In this document: piece after piece, positions 60,864-64,000 of the stretch
Layout of the letters: every line of letters starts with the position of its first letter
Numbering within the stretch: position 1 is the stretch's first letter
Source: Gemmatimonadales bacterium
Lineage (GTDB): Bacteria; Gemmatimonadota; Gemmatimonadetes; Gemmatimonadales; GWC2-71-9
Direction: 5' to 3'
DNA length: 64,000 nt
NCBI GenBank assembly: GCA_035309945.1
Contig: DATGEQ010000114.1
Location: forward strand, 4,266 to 68,265
Position numbers and translations under genes: made by a program
The notes under the pieces: generated by a model
The model's database searches: none
Told to the model about the DNA's origin: nothing
What the model saw: only the letters and a program-made list of their open reading frames with translations

Positions 60864-61970
60864 ATGCCAACACCCGACGTGAAAGAGTGGTTACATCACT
60901 GGCAGGACGAGGCTGACGCAGCCTTTCTCTATCTCGCGCTGGCTGGACAGGAACCCGATCCTCACCGGAAAGACGTCTACATCAAGCTCGCGGGAGTGGA
61001 AGAGCGCCACGTTCAAATGTGGAGCAAGCTCCTGGCCGAGCATGGCTATCGCGTCGACCATGCGAAGCCGTCGCTGAATGCGAGACTGCGCGCGTGGTTC
61101 GGCCGGCGCTTTGGGACTCGCTATCTGTTGCCGATGCTGCTGCGCGAGGAGGGCGACGAAGTCAAAGGCTATCTCAACCTTCATAAAGCCAGCGGTCAGG
61201 CCGACGCGAAGGAGGTGTCGCTGCAGCTCGCCAAGGAGTCCGCCGCGCACGCCGGCACGCTGGCCGATCTCGCCGGCAAGGACGCCGAGCCGTGGCACAA
61301 GACCGGGTCGGGCGGCTTTCTGCGCAACGTGGTATACGGCTTCAACGACGGGCTGACGGCGAATTTCGGTCTTGTCGCGGGCGTCATCGGCGCGGCGGTC
61401 CAGCCGCACATGATCATGATTTCCGGCGTGGCGGGCATGTTCGCCGACGCGCTTTCGATGGGAGCGTCAGGCTATCTCGCCGCGAAGAGCGAGCAGGAAG
61501 TCTACGAGCACGAGATCGCGATGGAGAAGGAAGAGATCGCGCTCATGCCGGACGTCGAGATGGAGGAGATGGAGCTGCAGTATCAGGCGAAAGGCGTGGA
61601 CCCGCGGACCGCAAAGCGCATGGCCGAGGAGGTGATGCGCGATCCGGAGCGCGCGCTGGGAGAGCAAGTGCGGGAAGAGCTGAAGATTGGTGAGGCACAC
61701 GCCACGCCCTTGCGCGAAGGCTGGATCACGGGTCTTGCGACTGCGATCGGGGCGTTCATTCCAGTATTTCCTTTTCTTGTTTTGCAGGGCCGCGCCGCGA
61801 TCTGGGTGGCCTTCAGCATCGCGATGCTCTCGCACTTCGGCGTGGGCGCGGCACGCAGCTTCTTCACGGGCCGCGGCGTCGTTCGCAGCGGCATCGACAT
61901 GTTCGTGGTCGGACTGGGAGTCGCGGCGGTCGGCTACTTCGTCGGTGAGCTGGTCGCGAAGACGCTCTAG
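60864..61970 (+). CDS. ferritin/rubrerythrin-like domain fused to a VIT1/CCC1-family iron/manganese transporter
   Basis: N-terminal ..EADAAFLYLALA..LAGVEERHVQMW.. four-helix-bundle motif. C-terminal ..VYGFNDGLTANFGLVAGV.. and 5 TM helices typical of VIT1. Confidence 0.85.
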   Translation: MPTPDVKEWLHHWQDEADAAFLYLALAGQEPDPHRKDVYIKLAGVEERHVQMWSKLLAEHGYRVDHAKPSLNARLRAWFGRRFGTRYLLPMLLREEGDEVKGYLNLHKASGQADAKEVSLQLAKESAAHAGTLADLAGKDAEPWHKTGSGGFLRNVVYGFNDGLTANFGLVAGVIGAAVQPHMIMISGVAGMFADALSMGASGYLAAKSEQEVYEHEIAMEKEEIALMPDVEMEEMELQYQAKGVDPRTAKRMAEEVMRDPERALGEQVREELKIGEAHATPLREGWITGLATAIGAFIPVFPFLVLQGRAAIWVAFSIAMLSHFGVGAARSFFTGRGVVRSGIDMFVVGLGVAAVGYFVGELVAKTL

Positions 61971-64000
61971 ACGACCAGGTTCACCAACCGGTCCTGCACG
62001 AAGATCACCTTCTTCACCTTCTGACCGTCGACGAACTTCTTCACCGCCTCATCGGCGAGCGCGCGATTCACGACGTCCTTTTCCGCCATCCCACGCGGCA
62101 CGGTGAGACGCGAGCGCAGCTTGCCGTTCACCTGGACCGCGATCTCGACGTCGCCTGCGGAAGCCAGGCGCTCGTCATACGCCGGCCAGCGAGCCTGAAA
62201 CACCGATTCCTGGTGGCCGAGGATCTCCCACAGCTCCTCGGTGATATGGGGAGCGTAGGGCGCGAGCATGACCACGAGTGGCTCCAGTAGCTCCCTGCTC
62301 CCCGCGCCCTGCTCGCGGAGTTCGTTGACGTACTCCATCATCGCTGCAATTGCGGTGTTGTACTGCAACGCCTCCGTATCGGCCGTCACTTTGCGAATCG
62401 TGCGATGCAGCTTCTGCTCCGCCGCCGGGGTAGTCTTGGCGCCCCCCCCCGCCCCGAGGTCATGGATGAGCGTCCAGACGCGCTCGAGGAAGCGCCGAAT
62501 TCCAACGATCCCGGTGTCCCGGAAATCGCCGCCCTCCTGAAAGGGACCAAGAAACATGAGATACATGCGGAACGTGTCAGCGCCCCATTCCTTGATATAG
62601 ACATCGGGCACGACGACGTTGCCGCGCGACTTCGACATCTTGGCCCCGTCCTTCACGATCAGGCCGTGCGCGCGGAACTTCGGGTACGGCGACTCGAAGG
62701 GAACGTGCCCGAGATCTTGCAGCACGAGGTTGATGAAGCGCGCGTACAGCAAATGCAGGACGGCGTGCTCGTTGCCGCCGATGTAGCTCGAGACGGGAAG
62801 CCATTTCTTGCTGCGCGCGGGGTCGAACGGCCGGTCGTCGAACTCGGTCGACGGATAGCGCAGATGGTACCAGGCCGAATCGAGGAACGTGTCCGACACG
62901 TCGGTTTCGCGCCGCGCCTTCGCCCCGCACTGCGGACATTTCACGAAGTACCACTCTTCGTGGCGCGCGAGCGGGCTGACGCCGGTGTCGTCGGGGCGGA
63001 AGTCCTCGATGTATGGGAGCGCGACGGGCAAGTCCTTCTCCGGCACCGGCACCACGCCGCACTTCTCGCAGTAGATGATCGGAATCGGCGGGCCCCAGTA
63101 GCGCTGCCGCGAGATGCACCAGTCGTGCAAGCGATACTGGACGCGCGGCGTCGCGAGCCCGCGCTCCTCAAGCCAGGCAACGATCTTGCGAGCGCCGTCG
63201 AGGCACCGCGTGCCGTCGAACGGCCCTGAATTCATCAGCACGCCGTTCTCCGATACACTGGGCAAAGTTTCGCCCTCGACCGCGACGACCTGCCGAATAA
63301 GAAGCTTGAACTGCGTCGCGAATTCGAAGTCGCGCTTGTCGTGCGCCGGCACGGCCATGATCGCGCCGGTGCCGTATTCCATCAGCACGTAATCGGCGAT
63401 CCAGATCGGGATCGACTCCCCCGTCGCGGGATTGCGGGCATAGGAGCCGATGAAGACGCCTGTCTTGGTCTTGTCACCCACGCGGCGCGACACGATGTCC
63501 TTGGACTGGACCTCGCGCTGATAGGCCTTTACCGCGCCACGCTGCTCGACCGCGGTGAGCTCGTCGACGACCGGGTGCTCCGGCGCGAGCACGAGGTAGG
63601 TCGCGCCGAACACCGTATCGGGGCGCGTCGTGAACACCGTGATCTTCTTGCCGCTCGGCGTCTCGAAAATGAGCTCGGCGCCGTCACTCCGCCCGATCCA
63701 GTTCCGCTGCAGGAGCTTGGTGGAGTGCGACCAATCGATGTGATCGAGATTGGCGAGCAGCCGCTCGGCGAAATCGGTGATTCGGAAGAACCACTGGTCG
63801 AGGAAGCGCTGCTCGACCGGCGTGTCGCAGCGCTCGCAGCGGCCGTCGATGACCTGCTCGTTCGCGAGCACGGTCTTGTCTTTGGGACACCAGTTCACCG
63901 CCGCGCGCTTCTTGTACGCGAGCCCCGCCTTGAAGAGCTGGAGAAAGAGCCACTGCGTCCACTTGTAGTACGCGGGATCCGTGGTCGACAGCTCGTGCCG
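61967..64000 (-). CDS. leuS: leucine--tRNA ligase (N-terminus outside window)
   Basis: The frame continues open to the window edge (..RHELSTTDPAYYKWTQWLFLQLFKAGLAYKKRAAVNWCPKDKTVLANEQV..). KMSKS loop present (..GAKMSKSRGN..). Confidence 0.95.
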   Translation of the reverse strand, partial: RHELSTTDPAYYKWTQWLFLQLFKAGLAYKKRAAVNWCPKDKTVLANEQVIDGRCERCDTPVEQRFLDQWFFRITDFAERLLANLDHIDWSHSTKLLQRNWIGRSDGAELIFETPSGKKITVFTTRPDTVFGATYLVLAPEHPVVDELTAVEQRGAVKAYQREVQSKDIVSRRVGDKTKTGVFIGSYARNPATGESIPIWIADYVLMEYGTGAIMAVPAHDKRDFEFATQFKLLIRQVVAVEGETLPSVSENGVLMNSGPFDGTRCLDGARKIVAWLEERGLATPRVQYRLHDWCISRQRYWGPPIPIIYCEKCGVVPVPEKDLPVALPYIEDFRPDDTGVSPLARHEEWYFVKCPQCGAKARRETDVSDTFLDSAWYHLRYPSTEFDDRPFDPARSKKWLPVSSYIGGNEHAVLHLLYARFINLVLQDLGHVPFESPYPKFRAHGLIVKDGAKMSKSRGNVVVPDVYIKEWGADTFRMYLMFLGPFQEGGDFRDTGIVGIRRFLERVWTLIHDLGAGGGAKTTPAAEQKLHRTIRKVTADTEALQYNTAIAAMMEYVNELREQGAGSRELLEPLVVMLAPYAPHITEELWEILGHQESVFQARWPAYDERLASAGDVEIAVQVNGKLRSRLTVPRGMAEKDVVNRALADEAVKKFVDGQKVKKVIFVQDRLVNLVV

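Noticed and set aside
1-64000. tRNA, rRNA, tmRNA, transposase, integrase, prophage or toxin-antitoxin modules
   Set aside because: Every intergenic gap is under 200 bp and none shows cloverleaf-like or rRNA-like sequence. No ORF translation shows DDE, tyrosine/serine recombinase, phage structural or classic TA signatures. An HMM or Rfam scan would be needed for certainty.

Overview
High-GC bacterial chromosomal segment (roughly two-thirds G+C by eye), very gene-dense. I call about 60 CDS, many joined by ATGA/GTGA/TGATG start-stop overlaps. Gene content resembles Gemmatimonadota/Acidobacteriota-type soil bacteria: many secreted peptidases, DUF5916, split MacAB-TolC. This cannot be verified without a database search. 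I recognised no rRNA, tRNA, CRISPR array, transposase, integrase or known defence system. Most long antisense ORFs in the track are GC-driven shadow ORFs.

Main modules, in order:
- asnB, HD and PLD genes.
- A 7-gene ECF-sigma / anti-sigma / Spy-like / TolC / MacB-ATPase / MacA / MacB-permease operon.
- DUF5916 outer-membrane protein and an orphan MCP.
- Cytochrome b + sulfite-oxidase-family Moco enzyme + IorAB-like molybdoenzyme operon.
- A lower-GC HAD gene next to a decayed GyrI-like pseudogene.
- Cache-HAMP Ser/Thr kinase coupled to a type-1 copper protein.
- DinB / small basic protein / ClC / small membrane protein operon.
- Peptidases of families M28, S9, M19 and M14.
- uppS, fabH.
- Hpt-REC / HEAT / GT2-YaiO exopolysaccharide-like operon.
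- HcrCAB-like (4-hydroxybenzoyl-CoA-reductase-type) molybdoenzyme.
- PadR, and a heme-oxygenase-fold protein + hybrid histidine kinase.
- A second ECF sigma / ZAS anti-sigma / PDZ operon.
- Ferritin-VIT1, and leuS (partial).

Most interesting observations:
1. An inner-membrane processive GT2 synthase is fused in frame, through an internal signal-peptide-like segment, to a YaiO-type outer-membrane barrel. It sits under a phosphorelay/HEAT operon and next to a degenerate HD-GYP protein.
2. An XDH-family FAD subunit carries the Cys-x16-Cys-x8-Cys-x9-Cys insertion typical of 4-hydroxybenzoyl-CoA reductase.
3. An identical 28-bp perfect palindrome sits at two convergent gene junctions (REP/bidirectional terminator).
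4. A 21-bp divergent intergenic region has two overlapping -10 boxes, each 6 nt from its ATG (back-to-back leaderless genes).
5. A head-on deletion scar truncates two convergent genes.
6. A secreted protein is built of DRRDxRx heptads.
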